DNA of 64,000 nucleotides from Priapulus caudatus (Eukaryota): NCBI RefSeq assembly GCF_000485595.1, contig NW_014577073.1, positions 682,666 to 746,665 of the forward strand, read 5' to 3'. Shown piece by piece: positions 1 to 13,268 of this stretch (position 1 is its first letter; each line of letters starts with the position of its first letter). The notes under the pieces were generated by a model. It saw only the letters and a program-made list of their open reading frames with translations, ran no database searches and was not told where the DNA came from. The position numbers and the translations under genes were made by a program.

Positions 1-45
1 ATGATGATGATGATGATGATGATGATGATGCTGCTGCTGCTGCTG
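1..45. repeat. (ATG)n followed by (CTG)n trinucleotide microsatellite
   Basis: Read directly: atgatgatg... then ctgctgctg... Confidence 0.95.
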
Positions 46-2223
46 GCGGTACGGGTAGAAGGGTTGAGGGACGGTCGTGTGCCGCCTGGTCTCTGAAGCG
101 TGCTGGGTCGATGATATCCCCAGCCGACATCGGTGCTCCCTCGTCTAATTTTTTCCATATTTTATTTTTGTAATTCTATTTTCGTCCCCTTATATAATAG
201 GGAGGATTTTTTTCTTACTCGCCGGGGTGCTGGGTGGATGTGTGTACAGTTACTGTTGGGATGGTGTGGGTGTGTGTGTGTGGGGGGGCTTGCATGCGTG
301 AATGTATGTATGCGTGTGTGCATGCATGCGTGCTCGCGTACGTGTGTGTTGGTGTGGGCGGGAGCAAGTATATCTGCATAATCTGTCTGCGCATAGGTAT
401 GACGATATATTCATTTAATATTTATATTAACAGGCGTGCATGCTATGTCATTTCTTGCAACATTTCATCATTAATTTTAACTTATTTTTTAAACGTCCTC
501 CTCCAAAATCAATTGACATCGAAGTCAAATTTCAACGTTAACTATCACGTCATTGTCGCTAATTAAGTAAACGTTCCGTAAACAACTTAACGTGTGCTCG
601 TGGAGAGCAACGTTGCATATTTGCAATATAAATCTTGAATAGATTTTAAACGCGAATCGTTGCTCAAACAAGTTTTAATAATTAGGGCTACATTAGCGCC
701 ACGTTCGCTATTTCGCTCGTGACACGTTACCAACGATTTTACAATACTCACTGGTGCAAGGTCGCGAGTAGTCTTCGAACCAGATCTAAATATTATAGCA
801 CATGCTTATCTGATATGCTACTGGTTTGTAATCATATGCCGGTAGATTTCTTGGATCAAGAGTTGCCCCCGAAACCACAGTGTACCAGGCATATCACGCA
901 AGCTCGTTTCTAAACGCGTTCGCGTTTTTCTGTGTCTCCGTATATGGTATATATACCTGCTCATTTCTGCCACAGATATTCGTACGTTATCTAGGGTGTG
1001 CAGGTGTGTAGCAACCCACGCTGTTTAAACTCAATACAGTAACAGATGTAACGGGTTTAAATGGAAACAATGCTTTCTCAAATGAAAGCTATGCTTCCCC
1101 CAAAGAGAAAGCGCTAAGAGTGAAATGAAAACTTTTGCTAGGCAACACGCGACGCACGCGTGCGAATTAAAATGTCACGTCTACAAACAGAAGATTGTAT
1201 TTTGAGCGGAGACATTATCATCTTCAATGGACACATTGCAGACATAAATATTAAGCAATACGTATGAGCAAAGTTGTTTTTTTGCAATCTTACCTGTCAC
1301 ACGAGGTTCAGTATACTTTATATCAATTGCATTCTACGTTTGTGTATATATGATTTAACTTCACGAACGTTTTACGCGTATCCTATATGAAGAGTTACCA
1401 TTATTCACTCATCGCGTTTAAAGAAATGTTTCTATCGCGTCAAAAAGAATTTTCCACTGACCTAACTCTGCCGTTCTATTTACTTCTATTCCTCTAGCAC
1501 TGTTAGCATCGAAGGCGCGCCATCATTGCGCGGCGGGGCATGCTATATTTAAGGGTGGCGCTGCCACGCCGTCAATGTCAACGTGCGGTGGCCTTTCACC
1601 TAGAAGCGCGGTGCGGTATTGCTCTCGTTTTCTGCCGTCGCCACAGATAATCACCGCTCTCGCGTCTAACCTAGAATGGCGAGAATTTGCGTCGATCGCT
1701 CGTCCCCGTTTCGCGCGCTGATTCGCGCTGCTCGCTCGAACGTCGGCGCTGTCGACGACGATGCATGTCAGACGGCAGGCAAATTTATATCGAACCAGAG
1801 CGCGCGTTGTTCAGGTATGTTAGTGCGTGCTTCGTGTGCGTGCGCGCGTGCGTGCGCGCATATGGGCGGTCGCAAGTCGTTGATGTGTGTGAGTGCGCGT
1901 GCGCGCGCGCGTGTGTATGTGGGAGCTGCTGTGTGTCGGGGTTGTGTTCGCGCGTGCCTGCGTGCGTGCACGCGTGCGCGCATGTGGGCGGACGTGTGTC
2001 GTGAGCGTGGATGCGTACGCGCGTGCGTGCGCGTAGACACATTTTATGATAACGCCTGCTTTTGAGACAAGGAGCGCTTATGGTAGCTTACTTCCGGGTT
2101 ACACCCGCACGCCCAACCGCGTAATCATTTCAAAATAGGGTGAGGATCTAAACTAGATTTCTCGCGAAGAATTTCTGTGACTAAATTGGCACATTGTTAG
2201 AACGTCACGATGTAAATGTCACG

Positions 2224-2820
<597 letters not shown>

Positions 2821-3041
2821 CGGCGTATTAGCTTGTCGGATGTCTCGCAATGGCGAAGAGAATTCCAGTGATCTAGTTCAGCGAAACATCCTTTTAAGGT
2901 GACTCCGCTGGTCCGATATATGGACTTTATATACAACTATGTAAGACCCCGGAAGCAACTTAGATGACCTCACTTTTCAACTGAAATGATGTGCAACAAT
3001 TAGCGCATATAGGTTACAGGAGGCTTGGCTAATAAAAAGGC

Positions 3042-3253
3042 CTACTTATCACAGATACACACGCACGGCGGTAACCCCGTACACGCCCGCCTGCGTTGCG
3101 CCGGTGTCGCCGGTAACCAGCAGAAGATGATACGACAGGGTAGCGCCTCGGGCGAGAAAGCAACATGGCACACAGCTCGACAGAGCGGAGATTTCACGTT
3201 CAAGCGTCGGGCAATGTCGAGTGAAAGCTCGGCTGATTTCGCAATATCTACGT
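3042..3253 (-). CDS. Candidate terminal coding exon of an unknown Cys-rich protein: (D)VDIAKSAELSLDIARRLNVKSPLCRAVCHVAFSPEALPCRIIFCWLPATPAQRRRACTGLPPCVCICDK*
   Basis: Minus-strand acceptor tttatatag|ac; 212 nt = 2 nt + 70 codons ending in TAG; phase 1 matches the upstream exon; non-repetitive sequence with 8 Cys. Confidence 0.45.
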
Positions 3254-3714
3254 CTATATAAACCAGTAGTCCTCTAAGCGAGAGTTGTAGGAAACCCCCG
3301 CACAAACACAGAAACACACACTGATGACACACTTATCTACATTAATACATTCGCCGTCTGAGAAGGGTTTGGCGCACGGGGTGTGTTAGTTGATTGGTAG
3401 TCCACTCACTGACCCACGCATACACGTCGCGGCCAGTCACAGCGTGGCGTTGCAACACACATCGCTAGAGTTTTGTAAAATTTCCGAATTGCTACATCGA
3501 CGCTACAGATTACGATACGCGAAGCAATGATTTTTTTTCCCGCGCTCCCTCCGTTTTTCGCAATTATTCCGAACGATCGGCGATAGAGACAAATTAATGC
3601 GCTATTCATAATAGTCGATATGTATTCGATTTTATTCCAAGGTCGCCGATCGCGCATAGCGACCGCGTGGTAACAGGCTACACGCGCGAGCTACCCCTGA
3701 GCATGCTGGCTTAC

Positions 3715-3826
3715 CTGTGACGCTCGTGTTCCGGTGACGATGACGATAGCAGAAGGCACGACATCGTGATACGTGTCGACGTGTGACAGGGTCATCCTGT
3801 CTCGTTCGCTGGTCGACGACTTTCCC
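3715..3826 (-). CDS. Candidate internal coding exon: GKVVDQRTRQDDPVTRRHVSRCRAFCYRHRHRNTSVT
   Basis: Branch-like ctaat plus tttcgttcacacag acceptor; CAG|GTAAG donor; 112 nt, phase 0 to phase 1, open frame. Confidence 0.5.
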
Positions 3827-4132
3827 CTGTGTGAACGAAACGCCATTAGAGAGAGATTTCGGAAAAAATGTTGACAGTTAAATTCGGATGATAATCGCTA
3901 CAATGTAGCTTGTTGCCTTCAGACTGGAAGCCTCTGCTTTCGGGGCGATTGTTGGGGAATACGTCAAACATGTCTCTCCGGCTGGATGAATGATAAGTAT
4001 GGTCCCCCATCCCTATATCTGCGATACGATCAATATTCCTCTGGTCTACCTACTCATCCAGTCTGTCTATTTCTATCTCTTCTATGCATACTTCATTCCA
4101 TGATCTTGGCAAACACACGCTCCAACATGCAC

Positions 4133-4165
<33 letters not shown>

Positions 4166-4203
4166 CGTCCGACGCACACATACACACACGCGCGCGCACT
4201 TAC

Positions 4204-4272
4204 GCATACATTCGGTACAGTGCGGTCGCCGCAATGTCTTTGGGCATTTCGCACCCCCTCATAAGACCAGTT
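4204..4272 (-). CDS. Candidate internal coding exon: NWSYEGVRNAQRHCGDRTVPNVC
   Basis: tgtcag| acceptor and |GTAAGT donor; 69 nt, phase 0 to 0, in frame with 3715-3826. Confidence 0.4.
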
Positions 4273-4589
4273 CTGACATTACGATGCAACGATGAAAATG
4301 CACATATCGCCGACTTGATGCGCTAGCCTGGCAGGTCGCGCGTGTTTCCACCTGGGGAGAGGAGTCAACGCTGTGCACACGCGGGCGCAATCAACGATAC
4401 GCCGTATGCGTACGATACGCCTCTATATTGCGCTACTTTAACCCCTCTACGTGCTCTAGTCACGATCTATCGAGCGTCGCGAACGAAGGAGTGAAGTGGC
4501 TATACCCATCTATTACGTTTACCCATCGCACGTGCGCTGTTGGAGTTGTTTCTACTTGTGCGTGTACTAAGTAAGATAGCGTTTCCAGC

Positions 4590-4940
4590 TGACCTGCATG
4601 TATACCTAACCTGCATGGGTACCTTACCTAGATTTCCCCCTTACCGGTGTCTAGTTTACCCGTGTGTCTACCTTACCTGGGTGTTCACCCTATCTGCATG
4701 GGTATCTCACTTGTCTGTCTACCTGACCTACGTATCGACCTTACCTGTGTGTCTAGTTTACTTGCATGTCTAGTTAACCTGTATAACTATACCTTACCTG
4801 CATGTCGACCTTACTTACCTGTCCAGCTTACATATGCGTATCTAATTTACCTGCGTGTCTAACTTACATATCTGCCTACCTCACCTGCGTGTCTACCTCG
4901 CCCGCGCGTCTACCTTATCCGCGTGGTTACCTTACCTGCG
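4590..4940. repeat. Degenerate ~17-bp minisatellite, consensus about TACCTTACCTGCGTGTC
   Basis: Recurring taccttacctg/tagtttacttg/taatttacctg units at ~17-nt spacing. Confidence 0.8.
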
Positions 4941-5304
4941 TTTCTAGCGTAACTGTGGTACGATCGTCTTTGTCTCGGCTCTATCTCGCATGTAAAGAAG
5001 AGCGACAATGAAGAACGATGGTTGGCTCGATCAGCATCCGTCATCAGCGGCTCATGCGTACAGCGTTTGTTGGAAACTTGTCGAAGTCGCTTTTAAAAGT
5101 GAGTTGAAATTCGCGCAGGCGTCGGTTGCCTGCCTGACCTGCTTTCCGCCCCTCGCGCGATTGCGTCTTTCGGTTTCTTTTAACCTTTAGTGTCGCAGGA
5201 TATTTTCGTGCGGGACGGATTCCAGCCGCCGACGCATAAACAAGTCGGCGAAATTCGCCGGAACAATGGAACGTCTATCTTCTTTGATCTCTACATCGCC
5301 GCAC

Positions 5305-5332
5305 GCGCGTGCGTGCGTGCTTGCGCGCGCGC

Positions 5333-5405
<73 letters not shown>

Positions 5406-5524
5406 NNNNNNNNNNCGTCCGGACCGAAACTAGGTAACGGTACGTTACGTACTTCCTTTTCGTTAGTACGTCTACCTACTACGTCCGCCGACCGCGCGTC
5501 GTCGTGCGTGCGTGTCGCGCGCGC

Positions 5525-5599
<75 letters not shown>
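5305..5599. repeat. Two (GC)n-(TG)n microsatellites flanking a 10-N gap (5406-5415)
   Basis: Read directly. Confidence 0.9.
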
Positions 5600-5600
<1 letters not shown>

Positions 5601-8044
5601 CGTTAGCGGTTCTTAACTTTAGAGTGATATCTGGCGCAATCCAATAGCTTAATTAGATCACTCGTCGAGCATGCACGCAGAGCGACGGCGCGGTCCAGTG
5701 CAGCCTGGGTCTGCGCGCATCAGTTGTGCGATGGTGAGCATAGGTGCGCTACGTATGCTACGGATGCACGTTTAGGCGTTACAATCCATCTATCCGTCTG
5801 TGATGAATCTCTACTCGCTAATTCTCTGGTCTTGTTTACGTTTGACAATTTACGGAAGTGTGCGTGTTTAGCCAAATAAAGAGTGTTGGATGATCATCGG
5901 GAAGAAAAATGGGAGAGAATATAAAAGTAAAGGGTGAGCAAGGGATAGAAGGCGAACGGGAGAAGAGAGACCAAAACAACGCGAAAGACCTTTACGGGCG
6001 CGAGGTCGAGGGAGGAAGATGGTATAGGGGAGAGTGAACGGTAGGGGCGAAAATGAAAGAACGCAGAAAGTCCTACGTATAGTACCTGTCAATTCATTAA
6101 AAAAAACGCTAATCGATAACTGACTAACCTTGATCATAATTTGACGAGGTCTGTTAAAAAACATGCAAACTTTTTATCATGCTGCTATGAACCTATAACT
6201 CGTAATGTTACATTACTTTCTGGTCTGTTACGCCCGACATGTATAAGACATTTCATCAACGATATCAATTAGGTGAGTCAAGTGCGGATCTTAGAGGGAC
6301 AGTGGATTTTAAAAGTAAAGGCGCACGGATTGTACGTCATCTTAGCTCGACGTAACTGATGTATGACCGCGGACTAGTCGCTCGAGTATAGATCGGTTCA
6401 AAAACGCCTGAACGAACATCCACACCACGCTACTCATTAACCCGTTAAGGCATGCGTTGATTGTCTAAGGTTCACTGTTAGGAGTGTGTGAGGGGAGGGT
6501 ACGAGTAATAAAATCTCAACAATACTGAGTGATTATTTATTTACACTTTTTAATGAGATAGAAGAAACAAATATAAGGAACAAATCATATATATATGTAT
6601 ATATATAAATATATATATCGCCGCATAAACCATACGCAATATTCTGAATCTGGGCTATCGCTTGAAAACCATCTCATGTTGAAAGTAGCGTCAAGTGTGT
6701 GGGTAGATGTTTAGCTAACGAGCATGTAGTTACCTATCCTCCCACTACACGCGTGTCAACTGATAGCAATATTACCTGTGTTATACTATCCGCCGTTCTC
6801 TATTTCTTTAAGCAATCACGTAGGGAAACGAAAAGAAATTGGATGATGGTATCAAAATAGACTGACGATGATCGGAACGTAACGAAATCGGAACACGAAC
6901 GAAACACTGATTCTATCGTGTATAGAAGAAGAAAGATGTCGACTATCGGCCACGAGTACATGATCTATAAATCTATAAATAGCAATCGTCATTACATAGT
7001 ATTATTGTCATCGGCCGACTGCTACTTATTAAAAAAAAACGAATTTATCTGCGAGTAACGTTCTCTATAAATAGCCGTCGGAATAATAGGATCCCCGGAT
7101 GAATCTCGGCTCCATTTGATGGCATCCTCAATTATAGCTTGAGCTCTCCATCGGCGCACAGAAGGTTACACTCGGTTACTGGGTTAATGAGAATCGGTAT
7201 CGATTCGATAAAAAAAATCTGCGCCGGGTAAAAAAATTTCTGCCGCCGTTTAAAGATAGGGTCAGGGCTCGGTCCGCGTTGTCGCATTAATCTTTCATCA
7301 AAGGTCTGCGCAGACACATCGATTTCGTTGATGTCTGGTCTGGTTTACTTTACCGAAAAATCGCGCCTGTTTCGCTGTACGGAGACAGCTGAAGCGTGTA
7401 TTACGTGCTCCGGATAACGAGGTGTGTGATCAAACTATTGTTCAGTGTTCTGCCGGTGACGCACGGTCGGGAGCGGCTGTTTTTCTTACTGCAATTCGGA
7501 CCTTAATCCCGTTTATGAATTTTTTAATCGCTAATCTGTAGTCCAGGTGTTTTACTCAAACAAGGAGGGCAAATATTATGTGAAAGTAAAAGCAACGGAT
7601 AGAACGAAAGAATGAAAGAGGGATGGGGAGAGCGAGAATTGGGATGGGGATATAAACCGGGAGCAAGCGAGAGAGATATATCTACCCTCTCTCGCGTCAC
7701 GTCACACTGCGGCCGCGACAAGCACACAAGGGCACGCGGCGGTGACCGATCCTACCGTATTGTCCTATCATAACGCACGCGTACTATCGACTATCTACGA
7801 TTGTGTTTACAACAAAGTGTCTCTACGCGTGGAACCTAGCACGGCGTCGTCGTAGTATGTATATTCAGCGAGATAGTGGTTACGCACACACGCGCCACCC
7901 CGCTTACCTACCTAAACGAGACATTTACCGTGTGCGTCATGAAGCATAAACATCGTGCGACGACGTTGCAGTCTGTACCTTCGTGTTTCGGTTTCTCCCC
8001 CGCTCTTTCTCCCTTTCCCTTCCTTTGTTTCTATCTTGCTATCT

Positions 8045-8065
8045 GCCTTTCTCTCTCTGTCTGTC

Positions 8066-8114
<49 letters not shown>

Positions 8115-8165
8115 ATCTCGGGTTCTGCTCTTGTCTCTCCCTTTCAAATCTTTTCTCTCTTGCGT

Positions 8166-8216
<51 letters not shown>

Positions 8217-8280
8217 TGCGTACTCTTTAAACAGCTCTCTCTCACACTCTTTTTTGTCTCTCTCTGGCTCTTTCTCTCAC
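8045..8280. repeat. (CT)n microsatellite
   Basis: Read directly. Confidence 0.9.
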
Positions 8281-11200
8281 CCACCATCTATCTTTCTCTA
8301 TCGTTTTCCGTATCATCTCATGATTTAGAATGTCAGATGAAATTGCGTTTTCTTTCGTCCACGTAGGCCTCTGCGCCTTTTAATGGTGCCCTACGTGAAT
8401 TCCCTGGCTCTCCAATATTTGCCATTACGTGTGAAAGCAATTATGTTGTCGTATAAATCTTATGGTACTAAGCCTACACAAGCCGCTAGCATTAACACAC
8501 ACGTCATCTGTCCGTATACCGCTTCCGGAAAACGAATGCCATTCCATTACAACTTGTATAACGACGTCGCGTTGCCGCTTACATTACTTGCCTTCCTTTA
8601 ACGTTTCTTTTTCGGACCTGGGTTGTGGATATGAGGGATGGAATAGTCGAAAGGTGGAGAAAGAAACACAGCGGGTGACAAGTTGGTGTCATATTTTGCT
8701 TTCCAACACAGCTCACCATAAGCTTCTCATGATTACCAAATCAGCTTCCGTCGGAATTAAGCTCTTTCTCACCCAAAATCTGATTACGCAGGAGCGGTTG
8801 AAAGGGAAATTCCGACGTGATCACAATTGCGGTAATACAGGATGCGTTCTATATCCATCGTCATCATCATCTTACTATCAGAGCAGGTTTTACATTGCAG
8901 ATTACACGAGCTGTAATCCAGGCCGATTCGAATTTCCTAACTACATATTAAAATCACTGCCGGACCACATTATAGTTTTCGATTCTTACATCTCGGATAT
9001 ACGTTCGAATATAGGAATCGCTCTGTACATTTGAGCTTCGTTCGCGCGGCTATCACAAGCAAGCGTTGCGTCAGTCGCCGGCAATCGCATTATTATTCGA
9101 AACACCGATTTTCGGAAGCTGCCCGCGTGCAAGGTTATGTTAACAAGCACGTACGGTACGCACGGCGAAGACATTTCGTTACACAGCGCGTATGTAAAAA
9201 GTGCGGATATCGGCAGCGAGGCGTATTTCGCTGTGCCGTACGTATGCCACGCAAACGCTGTATACAAAGTATTGGGAAGGAAGGAACATTCAGATCGTAT
9301 ATCATCGTCGATAACTATAGGTTCTACACGACGGACTACGTTAGTTTGCATCGGTCGGTCTCAACATGCCATGGACACCGTCCATATGGCAAATGCCCTC
9401 CTCCTTCTACATTGCGCATAGACATGGGGGTGTCTAGCATGGCGCATGGGGCATTGCGCATGCGCATAGGGATTAGACCGTTTTTTGCTCAATATATAGG
9501 GGGGACGTTGTTATAGGGGAGATGTATACAAAATGCTACACTGGTTCCTCTAGTGCTTCTAGCCTACTTTCTACTTGTTTTAAGACGCTGTGAATCAACG
9601 TTCTACGCCGGCACTCTCGTGCACATCTAGTCTTAGAGTATAAGCTTTTACGAGCGACAGGCACATTGATAACACGATGCGATGAGCTATGAAGTTAAAT
9701 CAGCGCACCTCCGTGTTGCTTCTGTTTCAAGATTGCTACATTTCAAAAGATAAAATAATAACGAAAGTAGCAAATTCGACAATGGATTGTCATTTAGTCA
9801 ATATAAGTTACCGCTCTATATTGCATACCAACTCCAGTTACAGGTTGTGCAATATAGTTATATCTCCACGATTCTTTATAAATCTGCAAAACTCTTTTTC
9901 GGGAAGCACGCGAAAACGGTAACGTGTTTTATGTTGTTAAGTTGGCTTCGCGTACGATTTTCCTTGGTGTAATTCTAACTGCTTTATATCTAGCCACCCA
10001 TCGAGGAAGCAAGTACGCAATTTTTTTTTACTAAATTGTTAAAGTCACTCAAACGCCTTCTGTTTGAGAAATAAATATTAACACGTTGGTAAACGTATAA
10101 TTCATACGTATAATATGTATTCATTTAAGCCTATCCCAGCTCCTACTGGCTGCTTTGCGCACGCCGGGACTTTACCCGAGGCATGTAACATAAATACATT
10201 GGTATATATTCAATAGCATGTGGCACGCTATCAGCCAACCAGACAGCTCGATTTTTCACACGAATATAACTAATGTTCTTATAATATTCTATCACTGGGT
10301 GCCGCCCTAAGTAACAGTGCGTTAGTGGACGCCAACAATACATTGACCAAGAAAATTGCTATCTTCCCTTATACGCCGTTTGAGTTCAGTCTTGGGTTTT
10401 CATGTGTACTACTTTATCAAAACTAGAATGCAACCGACAAAATACGCTGTACTCTCAATCTGCTTTACAAACGACTATTCTGGCGAAAAATAGTGCGTAT
10501 ATTTTGTACGGTTTCATCGAAGCGCATGACTGACACCAGCAGTGCGTAACTGGAAAAGAGTTATTTTCTCAATGGCTGTATTGTTGCGAATTCCCGACCC
10601 AATGCACATGTTACACATTAAACATGCACCGATTGCTGCTATATTGGGCCTTACCAAAGTGACCGCCAGCCTGGTTAACTTATACAAACAGCATAGCTAT
10701 ATGCAAACGTTCTTACCACAACTTATATTATAATTTCCTATAAATTTCCTACAAGTTCTAAAAATGGGGTTTGTCCACTTAATACACGTACGTCGCGCCT
10801 AAACATAGCAAACCGCAGAACCGCAACGATATGAGCAACTGCGACGGGCCTATTTCTTTATGCAGCTTTAAGTTTGCCTGTTCCATCAACCGCACGATTA
10901 AAACGTTCAAACGCACACACATGGGGGTTCATGAACGATTTCAACGCGCCTCACATTGACGCGACGCACGTTCGATGACCAGATTAACAATAAAAATAAT
11001 GAAGAACAGTTATTGCCTACGATAAATGACCTTCAACCTGTGCCACCCAGGCACCGCCACCTTTCGCGTCGCTTCTTGCAGGTGACACCATCCAGAGGCG
11101 AGACTCGGAAACGCGCCATATCATTACGGGATCAAAGGGGAAGTAAGCCGCGATCCTTGACGCTTTTCTTCTTCCGCTAGGCCCTGTTATCGTACAGTCA

Positions 11201-11314
11201 CACCGGCGACTTATGCAATCTCTCCAGCGACGCCGCATGCTCCCGCACGCATGGAATTCTTAGTCTGCACGTCGGACATCAAATACAAGGCACTAGCGCT
11301 TCCTGGACAATATA

Positions 11315-11520
11315 TATCTCTCTCTTTCGTTCTTTCTTTCTTTCTTTCTTCCTTTCTTTTTTTGTGTCACTCTTAATCTCTGTCTCTCTCTCTCTCTCTC
11401 TCTCTGTCTGCCTGTCTATGTGTGTCTCTCTCTCTTTCTCTCTCTCACTCTCCCTGTCTCTCTGTCTCTGTGTCTGTCGCTGTTTCTCTCTCTGTGTGTC
11501 TCTCGTCTTTTCTCTCTTCG
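11315..11520. repeat. Compound (CTTT)n/(CT)n/(CTGT)n microsatellite
   Basis: Read directly. Confidence 0.9.
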
Positions 11521-12645
11521 AAGGACGTAAGTTCAGACCGTGACTGCGGCCCACGATCGCTCCTTCTCGCCGCCATCTTAGATCGCGAGCTGGTATTTAC
11601 AGCTTATCAAAAAAACGGTCCTTTAAGCATCGACGATATCGGTGATTCGATGGCTTTCCACATCGCCGTGCATCCCCTACGGATCGTTCGACCAATTCGC
11701 CTGACGCCCTGAAAAAGGGGAAAGAACAAATGATTGGGATTGGCAAGCCTGAACATGAGTGCGAGCGTACACGTGCGCGCGCAATTTATTACGAAAAATG
11801 GCACGTACGCACATGTAAACGCGCGCGTACGCTCTCACGCTCCTACGAATACACAAAAAGCGCATGCACGTGTACACGCACACGCACACGAACACGTATA
11901 TAAGCACACGCGCGCACAAACAAGCTCATATACACCCTCAAGTAACAACACTAACTCAATAAGTATAACTTGAACCCAAGCATCCACACGCCACTCACTC
12001 TCCCTAGCTGTTACTCCCCACACGCGTTTTACAAAGTCAAACCTATATTTACACTACACACACGGTACAATAGCAGTGATCGGATTCGTAAGATGGATCG
12101 GATTCGTAAGTTGGATTCATAAATTCGGAATGAAGGGATGCGTAAGCGTATCAGTCCCTGACTCGCCTACGCTACACGAATCCAATCACTGAGTGGCACA
12201 GTCCCCCCCCCCTCAGCTGTTACCTACGCGAGAGTGGCCATCGAGAGTACTTAGCGCACTCTAGCGGACTGATGTAATCAAGGAGTGTACTCAGCGCACT
12301 CTGGTGGACGCGAATGAAGCGTAATGCGTTCGCAATTTTGTTCGACGCATTTTGACATCTCGAGCGCGTATGAAAAAAAATCCGCTAGGCTCTAGGCACG
12401 AACATTTATTTTAAATTCTTGCTACATACCTACGTATAAGAGGTATGCTAGTATGTGTGCGAATAATACGTGTTAATTACACCCACATATGTGACACCGA
12501 TCTGGCAAAATGAGTCGGAAGTCGCAAGTAGAGAGCCACAGAGCCAGAATTTACACAGAGCCACAGAGATCCACAGACCAAATATGCAGTAGAACATTGA
12601 TTTGGTCGATTTTTCGTTTTTGATTAATTTTTAAAATATAAACGA

Positions 12646-12707
<62 letters not shown>

Positions 12708-12827
12708 AATTGTCCGGGGGGTGATTGTCCGGGGGGTGAATGGCACGGGGGGTAAATGGCATGGGGGTAATTGTCCGGGGGGTAATTGTCCGGGGGTGAT
12801 TGTCCGGGGGGTATTTGTCCTGACACC
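12646..12827. repeat. (GC)n-(TG)n microsatellite followed by ~8 copies of a 15/16-bp G-rich unit (AATTGTCCGGGGGGT), ending TGTCCTGACACC
   Basis: Read directly; the unit is visible in the minus ORF as repeated PPGQS/PPDNY. Confidence 0.85.
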
Positions 12828-13214
12828 ATATAGGTCACCCGGCCATCGATTCGCTGCTAGAAAATGTGGGAACGTAACTGTCCTTCCACAAACCTAAGAC
12901 GATTAGAAAATTTATGTTAATGTATGTTGTTCGTGTCGGAACATCTGTTTATCAGAGTTTGCTCTTTCCGTGGCGTTAGTCCACCATGGATTGCTCTTCC
13001 GGCGAATATATGTCTATCGCGGTATGTTCATCCCGCGAAGATACTAGAAGCGCGTTGAGATGAGCTAGCTGTCGTCATCGCTTCAAGCGCATGAATAGTA
13101 ATTGGTTTTATTTCAACACGCTTCAACCGCGAGAATACCGCGTCAAGACACGTGTACGACGCGCATGCAGCTAGCGGGAATGCCGTCGAATATATATATG
13201 GCTATATATAGTAT

Positions 13215-13268
13215 CAGGAGCGTATAATGACAAATATACGCTCAAAAATTTGTCATTATACGCTCCTG
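13215..13268. mobile_element. 54-bp palindromic mini-MITE with 21-bp perfect TIRs and a 7-bp TSD (ATAGTAT)
   Basis: caggagcgtataatgacaaat (13215-13235) / atttgtcattatacgctcctg (13248-13268); ATAGTAT at 13208-13214 and 13269-13275. Confidence 0.8.

Noticed and set aside
8462..9516. Adjacent 190-aa and 161-aa plus-strand ORFs
   Set aside because: No recognisable motif or convincing splice boundaries; cannot be supported as coding without a search.
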